DNA of 64,000 bases. Source: Anaerolineae bacterium (GTDB lineage Bacteria > Chloroflexota > Anaerolineae > B4-G1 > SLSP01). The first letter of the stretch is position 1; every line of letters starts with the position of its first letter. Below, piece after piece: positions 18,521 to 27,657 of this stretch. The stretch is taken from positions 47,127-111,126 of the forward strand of contig JBNGCP010000002.1 in NCBI GenBank assembly GCA_049974845.1, read 5' to 3'. The position numbers and the translations under genes were made by a program. The notes under the pieces were generated by a model. It had not been told where the DNA came from. It saw nothing but the letters and a program-made list of their open reading frames with translations, and ran no database searches.

Positions 18521-20989
18521 TCAGTCTCCCAGGAGTGAGTCCAACTGCGCTGTCAGCTCCACCTGTGACACCGCGCCCACGTACACTGCCGCCACCTGTC
18601 CCTGAGCATCGATCACGAAGGTCTCCGGAACCTTGGTGACGCCATAGGCCTGGGCCGCAAGGTCGGAGGCATCAAGTCCGATGGGATAGCTCAATCCATA
18701 GGCCGACGCGATCTCCTCGACCGCCGCCCTGTCCGAATCGTAGGCAACACCCACGAACACGACACCCGCGCCCTGGTACGCTTCCCAGGATGCCTGCAGA
18801 TCAGGTAGCTCGTCCTTGCAGGTGGGGCACCAGGGAGCCCAGAAGTTGAGCACGACGACTTGTCCTCGCAAGTCGCTCAGCGCCAGCGCGTCCCCGCTCA
18901 GCGAAGAGAGCCGAAACTCGGGCGCCGCGTGACCGACGTGAGGGCGACCCAACGCCTTCACAGCCGTCCCGTGCCGCGCGCCCCACATCGCCCAGGCGCC
19001 CCCCGCCAGCAAGCCCACGATGACCATCGCAGCCACCGCGTTCCACGCGCCGGCAAGCCCCCTGGGCCAGAGCGCCAGCGCGCCGCCTGCCAGGAACACG
19101 AGCCCGCCCAGCCAGAGGAAATTCGCGAGGGCGTTGATCAGGATCCTGACGGTGATCGTCGTGCCGTCGCCACTCCAACCAGCCAGGATCACATAAAGAT
19201 CCTCACGCAGGGCAGGGCGCAGCGCCGGCACCGAGAACGTCTGCTCGTAGTTCTGATAGCGGTTGACCCGTGGCTCCAGCGTGACCAGATACTCATCCTC
19301 ACCATAGACACTGAGGCTGGCCCACGTGCTGAGATGGTCGCCGACCATCTCTTGCGAAAGCAGATCGAACACGAGCGTGTACTCTCCGATCTCGATCGGC
19401 TCGCCGGACGCCATCACCATCTCCTGTTCAAAGGGATAGAGGCGTGTCCCAATGACACCCACGGCCATGAATATCACGCCGAGATGGACGAGATATCCAC
19501 CATACTTGCGCCGCTGCGTCCGCAGCAGGTCCCAGAGCGCGTTCAGAGGCGCGAGATCGGTGCGTCGGCTTCGTTGTGCGACGCCCTCTCCGTACTCAAT
19601 CAGGACGGTCGTCGCGGATAGACCCACCAGCCCAAAGGCGATTAGCGACACCGGTTTGTCAAATCCAGCCACGAGCGCCGCCCCGACCGCCACGAGCGCA
19701 CCGAGGGCAATCAGCCACGCCCGGCGCTTCAGGCGACGCACCGTTGCAGCTGCACGACCCAGGAGCGGGCACACGCCAATGAGCAGGATCAGAAGGGCAA
19801 ACTGCGGCCCGGTGACGCGGTCAAACCACGCCGGACCAGCCTCAAACTGCTGCCCCAACGCCAGATCTGTGATCGTCGGGAGCACGCTGCCCACAAAGAC
19901 GGACAGCGTCAACGTCATAAATACGAGCAACGTGAGGAAGAAGGCGCCATCGCGGGACAGGAGCGGCGGCTCTGAAGATGCAGAGCTGAGGTCAGCGCTC
20001 CGCCACAGGATCAGACCCACGCTGACACCGAGGGATGCCAGAATACCGGCGAGATAATAGCCGCCAAGGTTTGACACCGCGTAAGCGTGGACCGACTGAA
20101 TGGCGCCGCTGCGGGTGGCGAAGGTGCCAAAGAGCACCAGCACGAAGGAGAGAGTCACGAGGACGTAGTTCCAAACCCGGAAGCCGCGTCGTTCCTCCTG
20201 CATGACGGCGCCGTGCAGCAACGCCGTCGTCGTAAGCCAGGGCATCAACCCAGCGTTCTCCACCGGATCCCATCCCCAGTAGCCTCCCCATCCCAGGACG
20301 TCATAGGCCCACCGCATGCCCAGCAACAACCCGAGGCTAAGACCGATCCACGCGACCAAGGTCCAGGGATGGACCACACGGGTCCAGAAGCGATCATTCT
20401 TGGTGATCAGCGCAGCGAGCGCAAAGGCGAACGGCACCGACAGGCCGACATACCCGACGTACATCGCCGGCGGATGGAAGATCATGCCCGGGTGACGCAG
20501 CAGCGGATTGAGGCCCTGACCGTCGGTGAGGGGCCGCGGAAGCTGGGTAAAGGGGTTGGAAAGCCACAGCATCGCCCCGACAAAAAGGGCCCCGATCAGC
20601 CCCAAGACGACCGTCGCCCACGGGATTAGAGGGGCGGCGCGCTCATCACGGATGCGGATGGCGAGCGCCGTGAAGACCGCCTGGAAGAAGCACCATAGCA
20701 ACAGAGAGCCCTCTTGACCGGCCCAGATCGCCGACAGCTTCAAGTAGATTGGCAGGGCTTGCGAGGAATGCTGGGCAACGTAGCGAATGCCGTAGTCTCC
20801 GCTGAGGAAGGCCTCTGTCAAAGCAATAAGGGCCAACCCCAGCAGCGCCGCTGCGCCGTACAGAGCGTTACGGGCGCTCTGCCACCACCTAACGTCTCGC
20901 CGGTAGATGCTGATGGCGCTCGCCAGAGCGCCATAGAGGGTCGCGGCCCACGCCAGGCCACTGAAGACCGTCCCGAGGTCCGCTAACAC
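18521..20989 (-). CDS. ccmF: Cytochrome c-type biogenesis protein CcmF fused to a C-terminal TlpA/CcmG(DsbE)-like thioredoxin domain
   Basis: CcmF WWD motif WGGYWGWDPVENAGLMPW over a multi-TM body of about 650 aa. C-terminal roughly 170 aa carry VVLNFWAPWCPTCKDELP (thioredoxin CxxC). The chosen GTG start at 20989 sits 1 nt after the ccmE stop with GAGGA upstream. The alternative ATG at 21055 overlaps ccmE by 64 nt. Confidence 0.85.
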   Translation of the reverse strand: MLADLGTVFSGLAWAATLYGALASAISIYRRDVRWWQSARNALYGAAALLGLALIALTEAFLSGDYGIRYVAQHSSQALPIYLKLSAIWAGQEGSLLLWCFFQAVFTALAIRIRDERAAPLIPWATVVLGLIGALFVGAMLWLSNPFTQLPRPLTDGQGLNPLLRHPGMIFHPPAMYVGYVGLSVPFAFALAALITKNDRFWTRVVHPWTLVAWIGLSLGLLLGMRWAYDVLGWGGYWGWDPVENAGLMPWLTTTALLHGAVMQEERRGFRVWNYVLVTLSFVLVLFGTFATRSGAIQSVHAYAVSNLGGYYLAGILASLGVSVGLILWRSADLSSASSEPPLLSRDGAFFLTLLVFMTLTLSVFVGSVLPTITDLALGQQFEAGPAWFDRVTGPQFALLILLIGVCPLLGRAAATVRRLKRRAWLIALGALVAVGAALVAGFDKPVSLIAFGLVGLSATTVLIEYGEGVAQRSRRTDLAPLNALWDLLRTQRRKYGGYLVHLGVIFMAVGVIGTRLYPFEQEMVMASGEPIEIGEYTLVFDLLSQEMVGDHLSTWASLSVYGEDEYLVTLEPRVNRYQNYEQTFSVPALRPALREDLYVILAGWSGDGTTITVRILINALANFLWLGGLVFLAGGALALWPRGLAGAWNAVAAMVIVGLLAGGAWAMWGARHGTAVKALGRPHVGHAAPEFRLSSLSGDALALSDLRGQVVVLNFWAPWCPTCKDELPDLQASWEAYQGAGVVFVGVAYDSDRAAVEEIASAYGLSYPIGLDASDLAAQAYGVTKVPETFVIDAQGQVAAVYVGAVSQVELTAQLDSLLGD

Positions 20990-20990
20990 G

Positions 20991-21470
20991 TCAGTCCTCG
21001 ACCTGCTCGGGAAGATCCTCAGCGTACTTGGAGGGACACTTAAGAAGGAGATCATCCGCGTAGAAGATGCCGTCCGCCCTCAACTGACCGCGGACAATCG
21101 CTTGCGCCTCGCTCTTGAGGAGATCAGGCTTTACCCCATCATAGGTGACCTGCAGTCGCGATCTGGATGGATCCTGAACCGCAGTACGTAGAACGCCGGC
21201 AAGCCCATCCGCCGCCTCGATCGCCTCAAGATCCCCCGGTATCTGTACCATCGTGAAGGTGACCCGGGGCGCGCTCTGATCATACTCAATGGTCTCGCCG
21301 ATGACAGCACCGGAGACGGTGAGCCTGCGCCCTTGCGCATCGGCACCTAACGCCTCAAGCTCCTCAATCGTCATGAAGAAGCTCGCGGTGCTTCCCGTGT
21401 TGCTGGCTATCAGGTAGATCACCGCAGTAATGATGAGAACACCTGCGATGAGGAAACTGCGTTTCTGCAT
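20991..21470 (-). CDS. ccmE: Haem chaperone CcmE, archaeal-type variant with CPSKY (Cys) haem-binding motif
   Basis: N-terminal TM anchor, OB-fold region (RLTVSGAVIGETIEYD...RVTFTM), and C-terminal KCPSKYAE in place of the canonical HxxxY. Confidence 0.8.
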   Translation of the reverse strand: MQKRSFLIAGVLIITAVIYLIASNTGSTASFFMTIEELEALGADAQGRRLTVSGAVIGETIEYDQSAPRVTFTMVQIPGDLEAIEAADGLAGVLRTAVQDPSRSRLQVTYDGVKPDLLKSEAQAIVRGQLRADGIFYADDLLLKCPSKYAEDLPEQVED

Positions 21471-21742
21471 CAAACACACTCCATCACCACGATATCAGTC
21501 GAATCAGGAAAAGCCCTGCTCGATCGCAGCCTGTATCAGGATACACGAGTAGTATACGAGTGTCACCCGGTGAGGCAACCTGCTGTTCGGGCTAGGGCAG
21601 TCGCAGTTGGCACCAAAGCGCCATCGGCATGACGAAGGCAAAGGTGCTGAACCTAGCTGCGATGATCCTCCCCTCAGCCTGGAACGCTAGTCTGGCACAC
21701 AGTACGCATGCAGAATAGCGTAGATAAGTGTATACTTAATAG

Positions 21743-21988
21743 GAGAAACATGAGCACGTCACCATCTCCGTGGAATACGACAATCAAGGTGTGCATCTAC
21801 GGATCGCGGATGACGGTGTCGGGTTCGTCCCGGCTTCGCACGGGGACGCCTACACACGCCAGGGACACTTCGGCCTTGTCGGTCTTCAGGAGCGGGTGCG
21901 TCAACTCGATGGCACCTTTGATTTCAGCACCGAGCCTGGCGAGGGAACCGTCCTCGACGTCTGGCTGCCCGATCATTCGTCATCGTGA
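21743..21988 (+). pseudogene. Remnant of a NarL/HisKA_3-type sensor histidine kinase (HATPase_c C-terminal domain only)
   Basis: In-frame ...VTISVEYDNQGVHLRIADDGVGF...GHFGLVGLQERVRQLDGTFDFSTEPGEGTVLDVWLP (G1/G2 boxes). It begins right after an in-frame stop. There is no dimerisation/His domain upstream and no response-regulator gene nearby. Confidence 0.55.
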
Positions 21989-22180
21989 CACCCCGGGAGG
22001 CTGACCGCCTCTCCCAGCAAGTGACGGAGCCTATAGCGCGGATGTGGTACAAGCACACAGCACACGACCCCACACCGACCTGCCATCTCGTGCGATTAGC
22101 CTGGGCCATCCCCGCCAAATAGCGGTGCCCGCCTCAGACCGTATAGCTCTCCACATCAGCCCACCCCTCGGGTACAGTGG

Positions 22181-22696
22181 ATGGCGATAACCTCGTGGAA
22201 GAGAGAAAGGGGTCCAGCGACGAAGGTCGGACTATGGTTTGCTGTGGGCGTCGGGGTGACGCTCGCCGTCGCCGCAGCCGTGCTGATGGGAGGGTGGTTG
22301 CTCTGGGTAGGTCGCGCATGGGAGATGCCCATGCTCCAGGGCACGGAATTGGGCGGGGCTCTGCGCGGCGGAGCTCCCTGCGAGGATCCCGCGGTCGGCT
22401 GGGGACCAAGCAGGATGATGGGAGGCTGGTCAAGCGCATCCGAACCGGCACTCTGTCCCCTCGGCGATAGCGATGAGGCCGAGACGCCATCGGACATCGA
22501 CGAAGCGCAGCGCGCATTTGAGCGTTACGTGGCGACGCTTGGCTACGAGGATCTCCTGATCGTCGAGGTGATGGAGTTCGAACACAACTACTACGCTATC
22601 GTAGAGGAGTCTGAGAGTGGTGTCGGTGCGATGGAGTTGCTTCTGGACAAGACCACGGGCGCCGTTGGCCCGGAGATGGGGCCCAACACGATGTAG
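22181..22696 (+). CDS. Hypothetical membrane-anchored protein with C-terminal PepSY-like domain
   Basis: One TM helix (GLWFAVGVGVTLAVAAAVLMGGWLLWV). C-terminal YEDLLIVEVMEFEHNYYAIVEES...AMELLLDKTTGAV fits the PepSY pattern. No clear SD. Confidence 0.45.
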   Translation: MAITSWKRERGPATKVGLWFAVGVGVTLAVAAAVLMGGWLLWVGRAWEMPMLQGTELGGALRGGAPCEDPAVGWGPSRMMGGWSSASEPALCPLGDSDEAETPSDIDEAQRAFERYVATLGYEDLLIVEVMEFEHNYYAIVEESESGVGAMELLLDKTTGAVGPEMGPNTM

Positions 22697-22711
22697 AACA
22701 CGAAATACGGC

Positions 22712-23002
22712 ATGCACCGACGCGGCATGATGGGCCGCTGGCAGGGCGAAGCCAACGCCCTATCCGAGGCAGAGGCCCTGGAGATTGCCCAAGCGTGGCT
22801 CGACGTTCGCGATGATGGCATCACCGTGGAGCAACACGCCGATCCCTTCTACCGGTACTACACGATCCACACCGAACGTGATGGAGAGATCGAAGGCATG
22901 CTCAGCATCCACGCCGCGACCGGTCAGGTCTGGTACCACACGTGGCATGGTGACTTCGTGCAGATGGTCGAGCACCAGGAGGAGGGTGCCACCGACCACT
23001 GA
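22712..23002 (+). CDS. Hypothetical PepSY-like domain protein
   Basis: LSEAEALEIAQAWL...YYTIHTERDGEIEGMLSIHAATGQVWY fits the PepSY pattern. Confidence 0.45.
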   Translation: MHRRGMMGRWQGEANALSEAEALEIAQAWLDVRDDGITVEQHADPFYRYYTIHTERDGEIEGMLSIHAATGQVWYHTWHGDFVQMVEHQEEGATDH

Positions 23003-23146
23003 CGACCTCACCCCAGGCAGCGCCCCGCGTCAGCGGCAGCGTCCAGGCCGTTAACTCACCGGGGCGCACGGCCCCGCCAAGATAGCACTGGATCCAGAGA
23101 TCTGCTATCATGGTTGCAGGACTGGACACAGCCGCGGGGGTGACCG

Positions 23147-24328
23147 TTGCTCTTCAACTTTCGGGAGTTTCTATCGTTTTCCCGGCGGGCGTTCCTGCCG
23201 GGGCGACAGACGCCGTGCCGGATGACGCCAAAACGCCTGGCGATTCTGACGGGGTTCTACCTCCTCTTCTTCGCCACAGAGGCGGCGACACGAGTAGCCT
23301 GTCACCTGGACGATCTCCTTTGCGGTGACTACCAGCAACAGCCTGTGAAGGAACCAGTCTTCATCGTCGGTAACCCTCGAAGCGGCACGACGTTTCTGCA
23401 GCATGTGCTCGCCAGGGACCGGCGCAACTTCAGCAGTATGAAACTATGGGAGATTCTCTTCGCACCTTCGGTCCTTCAGCGTCGCCTGGTGGCTCTGCTG
23501 GACGGCCTGGATCGGAGACTAGGGTCGCCCATCCAACACCTGGCACAGAAGCTGGATGCGACCCTGGACGAGGAAAACGAGCTGCACACGACCGGGCTTC
23601 TCAAACCCGAAGAGGACCAATATCTCCTAGTGCATGCCTGGTCGACGCTGGCGGTGTGGCAGTTCGCGGCAATCCTTGGAGAGGAGGCCATAAACTACAC
23701 CCATTTCGATAGAGCCATACCGCAACCAGAGAAGGAACGCATTCTGGCGTTCTATCGACAGATGATTCAGCGGCATCTCTACGCGCACCAAGACGACGCA
23801 GGGAGCGCACCCCACTACCTCAGCAAGAATCCATCCGCGACGCCCAAGATCGACAGCCTTCTATCCTGCTTCCCCGACGCTCACATCGTCTATCTGGTGC
23901 GCAATCCGCTGGATATGGTGCCCTCAATGATCAGCATACTCGACTTCACCTGGAGCCTGCTTGGGGACCCGCCGGAGCCCTACGCATGCCGTGAGTACGT
24001 CCTTGAGATGTCGAAGCACTGGTATCGATATCCGCTGGAACGCCTCGCACGCGAGCCGGAAGCTCGCTACGCCATCGTTCGCTTCGACGACATGGTTTGG
24101 GATCCAAACGAGACCGTTCGTAGGCTATACAACCGCTTTGGATTCACCGTGGATCCCACTTACGCACAGATTCTCGAGGAGGAGACCAGACGATCACGGA
24201 ACCACGTCAGCCACCATACCTACAGCCTCGCGGAGATGGGCCTAACCCGCCAGCGCATCGTGACCGAGTATCGCGACATCTTCGATCGCTTCGATTTCGA
24301 TACACGAGAACAGGTCGGCCCATCTTAG
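23147..24328 (+). CDS. Sulfotransferase family protein (PAPS-dependent type)
   Basis: 5'-PSB loop FIVGNPRSGTTFLQHV and 3'-PB region YLVRNPLDMVPS. TTG start at 23147 is uncertain; alternative ATG at 23222. Confidence 0.7.
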   Translation: MLFNFREFLSFSRRAFLPGRQTPCRMTPKRLAILTGFYLLFFATEAATRVACHLDDLLCGDYQQQPVKEPVFIVGNPRSGTTFLQHVLARDRRNFSSMKLWEILFAPSVLQRRLVALLDGLDRRLGSPIQHLAQKLDATLDEENELHTTGLLKPEEDQYLLVHAWSTLAVWQFAAILGEEAINYTHFDRAIPQPEKERILAFYRQMIQRHLYAHQDDAGSAPHYLSKNPSATPKIDSLLSCFPDAHIVYLVRNPLDMVPSMISILDFTWSLLGDPPEPYACREYVLEMSKHWYRYPLERLAREPEARYAIVRFDDMVWDPNETVRRLYNRFGFTVDPTYAQILEEETRRSRNHVSHHTYSLAEMGLTRQRIVTEYRDIFDRFDFDTREQVGPS

Positions 24329-24410
24329 CTTGACGCGCGATCCTCCCTCGCGCGGGCACCATAACTGCCGCCGTCAGCGGTTCCTGAGCTCGCGCTGTGC
24401 CGGGCCCGTC

Positions 24411-25301
24411 TCAGTCAGAGCTACAGAGTGGGCCCAGCGTGCGAATATGGTTCCGCAGTTCTTCCTCTGTGGCTTGCGTGCAAGGAACCCACCGGGTGAG
24501 CAGAATGCCGGTCCCGCCCACCTCTAGCAACGCATCCCGCATGTCGGTCACCAGATGGGGCTCGCGACCGGGCGCTCCCCAGACCTCAAGACCGGCATCG
24601 GCCACGCGTTTCAGCGCATCGAGGTCGGCCCCGCTGTAGTCCCAGACGATGTGAATGACATCCCGAGGGCCACGCTTCTCCGCCTCGAGGGACTTGTCGC
24701 GATGGATGGCAGCCTGAGGCCACAGGCACGCCGAGTCATTCCAGATCAGCGTACGGAGCCCCCGCGCCTTCACGCCTGCGCGCAGCCTGCGGATCGCTGC
24801 CACGTACTGGTCGTAGCTACGCCAGTGATCCTCATCCATTCCGACGTGGAAGAAACGTGCAGGCTGCACGATCTCGATCACCTCATCGATGATCTCGAAG
24901 GCCAACTCCCAGTAGCGGTCACTGTCAAACAGGTTGTGATGGGGACGGAACCAATGATTGTGGCGATGCAAGCCGCTCTGGGCGAAGTTGAGCTTGGGCA
25001 CAATCTCGATCTCATTCGCACGGGCACGCTCGGCGAGCGCCACCAGCACCTCTTTTGGAACGGTGTAGTGACGCGCCAGCTCGGGATGGGTCGCGTACTC
25101 GATCCCATCGGCGCAGTCCACGACCAACAAATTGAGGCCCGCCTTCGCCATCTCATCGACAAGGGCCAACCCGACCTCCAGATCAAACGGGCTCTCATCA
25201 GGCTTGGCCTCCCACCACCGCGGATCGTAATGCGTGATGTGCAGCAGAAATCCACGGATTGGTAGAATGTTTCGACGCCCAATCTCTAGCTTGTCAGACA
25301 C
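24411..25301 (-). CDS. Hypothetical protein, possibly a GH20-like (beta-N-acetylhexosaminidase catalytic-core-like) TIM barrel
   Basis: IEIVPKLNF...GLHRH and FHVGMDEDHW resemble the GH20 V(I)PEID..GH and H-G-G-D-E motifs. Only 296 aa, so function is speculative. Confidence 0.4.
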   Translation of the reverse strand: MSDKLEIGRRNILPIRGFLLHITHYDPRWWEAKPDESPFDLEVGLALVDEMAKAGLNLLVVDCADGIEYATHPELARHYTVPKEVLVALAERARANEIEIVPKLNFAQSGLHRHNHWFRPHHNLFDSDRYWELAFEIIDEVIEIVQPARFFHVGMDEDHWRSYDQYVAAIRRLRAGVKARGLRTLIWNDSACLWPQAAIHRDKSLEAEKRGPRDVIHIVWDYSGADLDALKRVADAGLEVWGAPGREPHLVTDMRDALLEVGGTGILLTRWVPCTQATEEELRNHIRTLGPLCSSD

Positions 25302-25513
25302 GGTGTCTCTCCTTTTCGACTCAGTCTGCCTAAAGCGCGGTCTGCGCCCCCCTCTATGCTGCTTGCGTCAGACCTTAACCAACGATAGTTATAGGCCAAT
25401 CTCGGCTGCCTGGGAAGTGCGCGGTACCATCCGTGGCTTGACGACTGCAGCAAACCGGCCTATAGTGCTCCATGAACCAACTGACTGCCAAATTAGCCGG
25501 GAGGACACCCCCA

Positions 25514-26710
25514 ATGAAGATAACCGATCTCAAATGCACCGTCCTTGGCCACAATCCCGTCGTCCGCATCACCACCGACGCCGGCATCAGCGGGCTTGGT
25601 GAGGTGGAGGCCTCGAAAGCCTATCTCAAGCCTCACATCATGTTCTACAAGCCGTATATCCTCGGCGAGGATCCCACCGATGTCGAACGCGTGATGCTTA
25701 GGATCCGGCGGCTGGGGGGCTTCAAGCCGTGGGGCAGCGCCGTCAGCGCCATTGAGATGGCGCTATGGGACATCGCAGGCAAGGCAGCCGGGGTGCCGGT
25801 GTACAAGCTCCTCGGTGGCAAGGTCCGTGATCAGGTCCGGGTCTACAATGGCGCCGTGCGGTTCTCGATGGAGGGACGACGCAGCCCGGAGGCCTATGCC
25901 GAGACCGTGGCCAAAATGAAGGCCTCACCGGAAAACTTCTCGATCATCAAGCAGGGAATCTCGTTCCATGGCGGCATCTCGGAGGAGAGCCCTGATTTCT
26001 TCTACGGCACGCTGCAGCCCGGCGGCTTCCATCCCGACCGCGGCCTCCTGACCGAGCGCGGGCTGAAGCACGTGATCGCCTGCGTCGAAGCAATGAAGGA
26101 CGTGCTCGGGGACGAGGTTGGGCTGGCGCTCGATTGCGGACCGGGTTGGACGGTGCCCGACGCGATCCGGCTGGCGAAGGCCTTGGAGCCGCTCAACATC
26201 ATGTGGCTCGAGGATCTGATCACCGGCGATTACACCCCCTACGTGCTCGCCGACCTCTACCGTGAGGTCACGACCAGCACCTCGACCCCCATCCACACCG
26301 GCGAGCAGATCTATCTACGCCAGAACTTCAAGGCCCTCATCGAGAGCCACGCCGTCAACGTGATCGGCCCGGACCCCTGCGACATCGGCGGCATCGCCGA
26401 GCTGAAATGGGTGGCCGAGTACGCGGACCTGCACGGCATTCTGATGGCGCCCCACGGCACCGGCGACGGCCTCATCGGCCTGGCAGCGCTCGTCCAGGTC
26501 GCCGCCACCCTTCCGGCGAACTACATCGCCTTCGAGTACCCCGTCGGCAAGCCCGATTGGTGGTATGACATTGTCGAGGGACTGCCTGATCCGATCGTCA
26601 AGGATAGCATGATCGACGTATGGGATCGCCCCGGCCTGGGCATCGAGTTCGATATCGACGCCGCCAGTGCCTATCTGCCCGAAGGCGACAAGGATTTCTT
26701 CGACGATTAG
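25514..26710 (+). CDS. Enolase superfamily protein (mandelate racemase/muconate lactonizing enzyme family; acid-sugar dehydratase-like)
   Basis: MKITDLKCTVL... capping domain with AIEMALWDIAGK. Barrel domain with LALDCG...LEDL...HTGEQ metal-ligand pattern. GGGAGGA RBS 9 nt upstream of ATG 25514. Confidence 0.8.
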   Translation: MKITDLKCTVLGHNPVVRITTDAGISGLGEVEASKAYLKPHIMFYKPYILGEDPTDVERVMLRIRRLGGFKPWGSAVSAIEMALWDIAGKAAGVPVYKLLGGKVRDQVRVYNGAVRFSMEGRRSPEAYAETVAKMKASPENFSIIKQGISFHGGISEESPDFFYGTLQPGGFHPDRGLLTERGLKHVIACVEAMKDVLGDEVGLALDCGPGWTVPDAIRLAKALEPLNIMWLEDLITGDYTPYVLADLYREVTTSTSTPIHTGEQIYLRQNFKALIESHAVNVIGPDPCDIGGIAELKWVAEYADLHGILMAPHGTGDGLIGLAALVQVAATLPANYIAFEYPVGKPDWWYDIVEGLPDPIVKDSMIDVWDRPGLGIEFDIDAASAYLPEGDKDFFDD

Positions 26711-26733
26711 CCTCTCGCTACTAGAGCAAGGGC

Positions 26734-27552
26734 TCAAAGCGGTTTATGTGCCACGACCAATAGATGGTTGGAGATCCCGACAATCGAGGGCTCGCTGCAG
26801 GACTCCAGGATGATGTCGCGCCAGACCGGCCAACGTCTGGGGTCCTGCTCCAGGGCTTCGAGGTGCGCCATCGGCAGATGGGTAGCCAGGCTCTCGCAAC
26901 CCACGACTTCGATGACGTCGAGTGCAGCCTCGCGAACCAACCCCTCGAGCTCACCCGGCGCAAACAAATACCAGAGCTGCGAGCCGTCGAGGAGCCCGCG
27001 GGCGCGGTCTCCGGCGACCAGTTGCCCGTCGAAGGTCTCCCAGTCTCCCCAATAGACGACACCGCGGTAGGCAGCGATGCGTCCCAACCCGGTCACCAGA
27101 GCCTTGCCTCCGGGCCTTAGGACCCGAGCCGCCTCCGAAATCGCACGGTGACGGAGTTGAGGATCCGTGATGTGTGAGAGCGGCGCCCCCAGGCTGACGA
27201 CCGCGTCGAACGACCCATCGCCGTAGGGCAACGCCGCCAGGTCCCCCTCAATCGGCGCCGCCACCCGGGCCTCGACGCCCGACTCGATCACCTTCTCCCG
27301 ACCGAAGCGCAGCATCTCGCGCACCAGGTCCAGCATCACGAGGCGATACCCACGCCGTGCCAGGTCAATTGCGTACCGGCCAGGGCCGCACCCCGCATCT
27401 AGGATCAGGCCGGTCGGTGGCAAGTGACGTGCTAGGCAGTGCGACGTCACGAGATACTCAATCCGCGTGATCGGGGTTGCCTGTAGGCGGTCCCACTCCT
27501 CTCCCGCCTTCCCGGCGTATCGTCCCCGAACGTTCTCATCATCGCGCATCAC
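26734..27552 (-). CDS. Class I SAM-dependent methyltransferase
   Basis: SAM motif I ILDAGCGPGRYAIDLARRG, post-I LVMLDL, motif II region. Confidence 0.75.
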   Translation of the reverse strand: MMRDDENVRGRYAGKAGEEWDRLQATPITRIEYLVTSHCLARHLPPTGLILDAGCGPGRYAIDLARRGYRLVMLDLVREMLRFGREKVIESGVEARVAAPIEGDLAALPYGDGSFDAVVSLGAPLSHITDPQLRHRAISEAARVLRPGGKALVTGLGRIAAYRGVVYWGDWETFDGQLVAGDRARGLLDGSQLWYLFAPGELEGLVREAALDVIEVVGCESLATHLPMAHLEALEQDPRRWPVWRDIILESCSEPSIVGISNHLLVVAHKPL

Positions 27553-27657
27553 GGCTCCCCCTTTTGCTCAACAGGGTAGATAGGGCGCGCAGCTTGGCAG
27601 CCGTCTGCTTTGGCCTACAATGCACACTGTGCTCTAGGACGGCACAAGGAGGGAAGG

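Noticed and set aside
21708-22004. ATG at 21750 with a perfect AGGAG SD opening a 98-aa ORF.
   Set aside because: Its translation is featureless, whereas the +2 frame encodes a clear HATPase_c domain. It is likely a fortuitous or decoy start over the kinase remnant.
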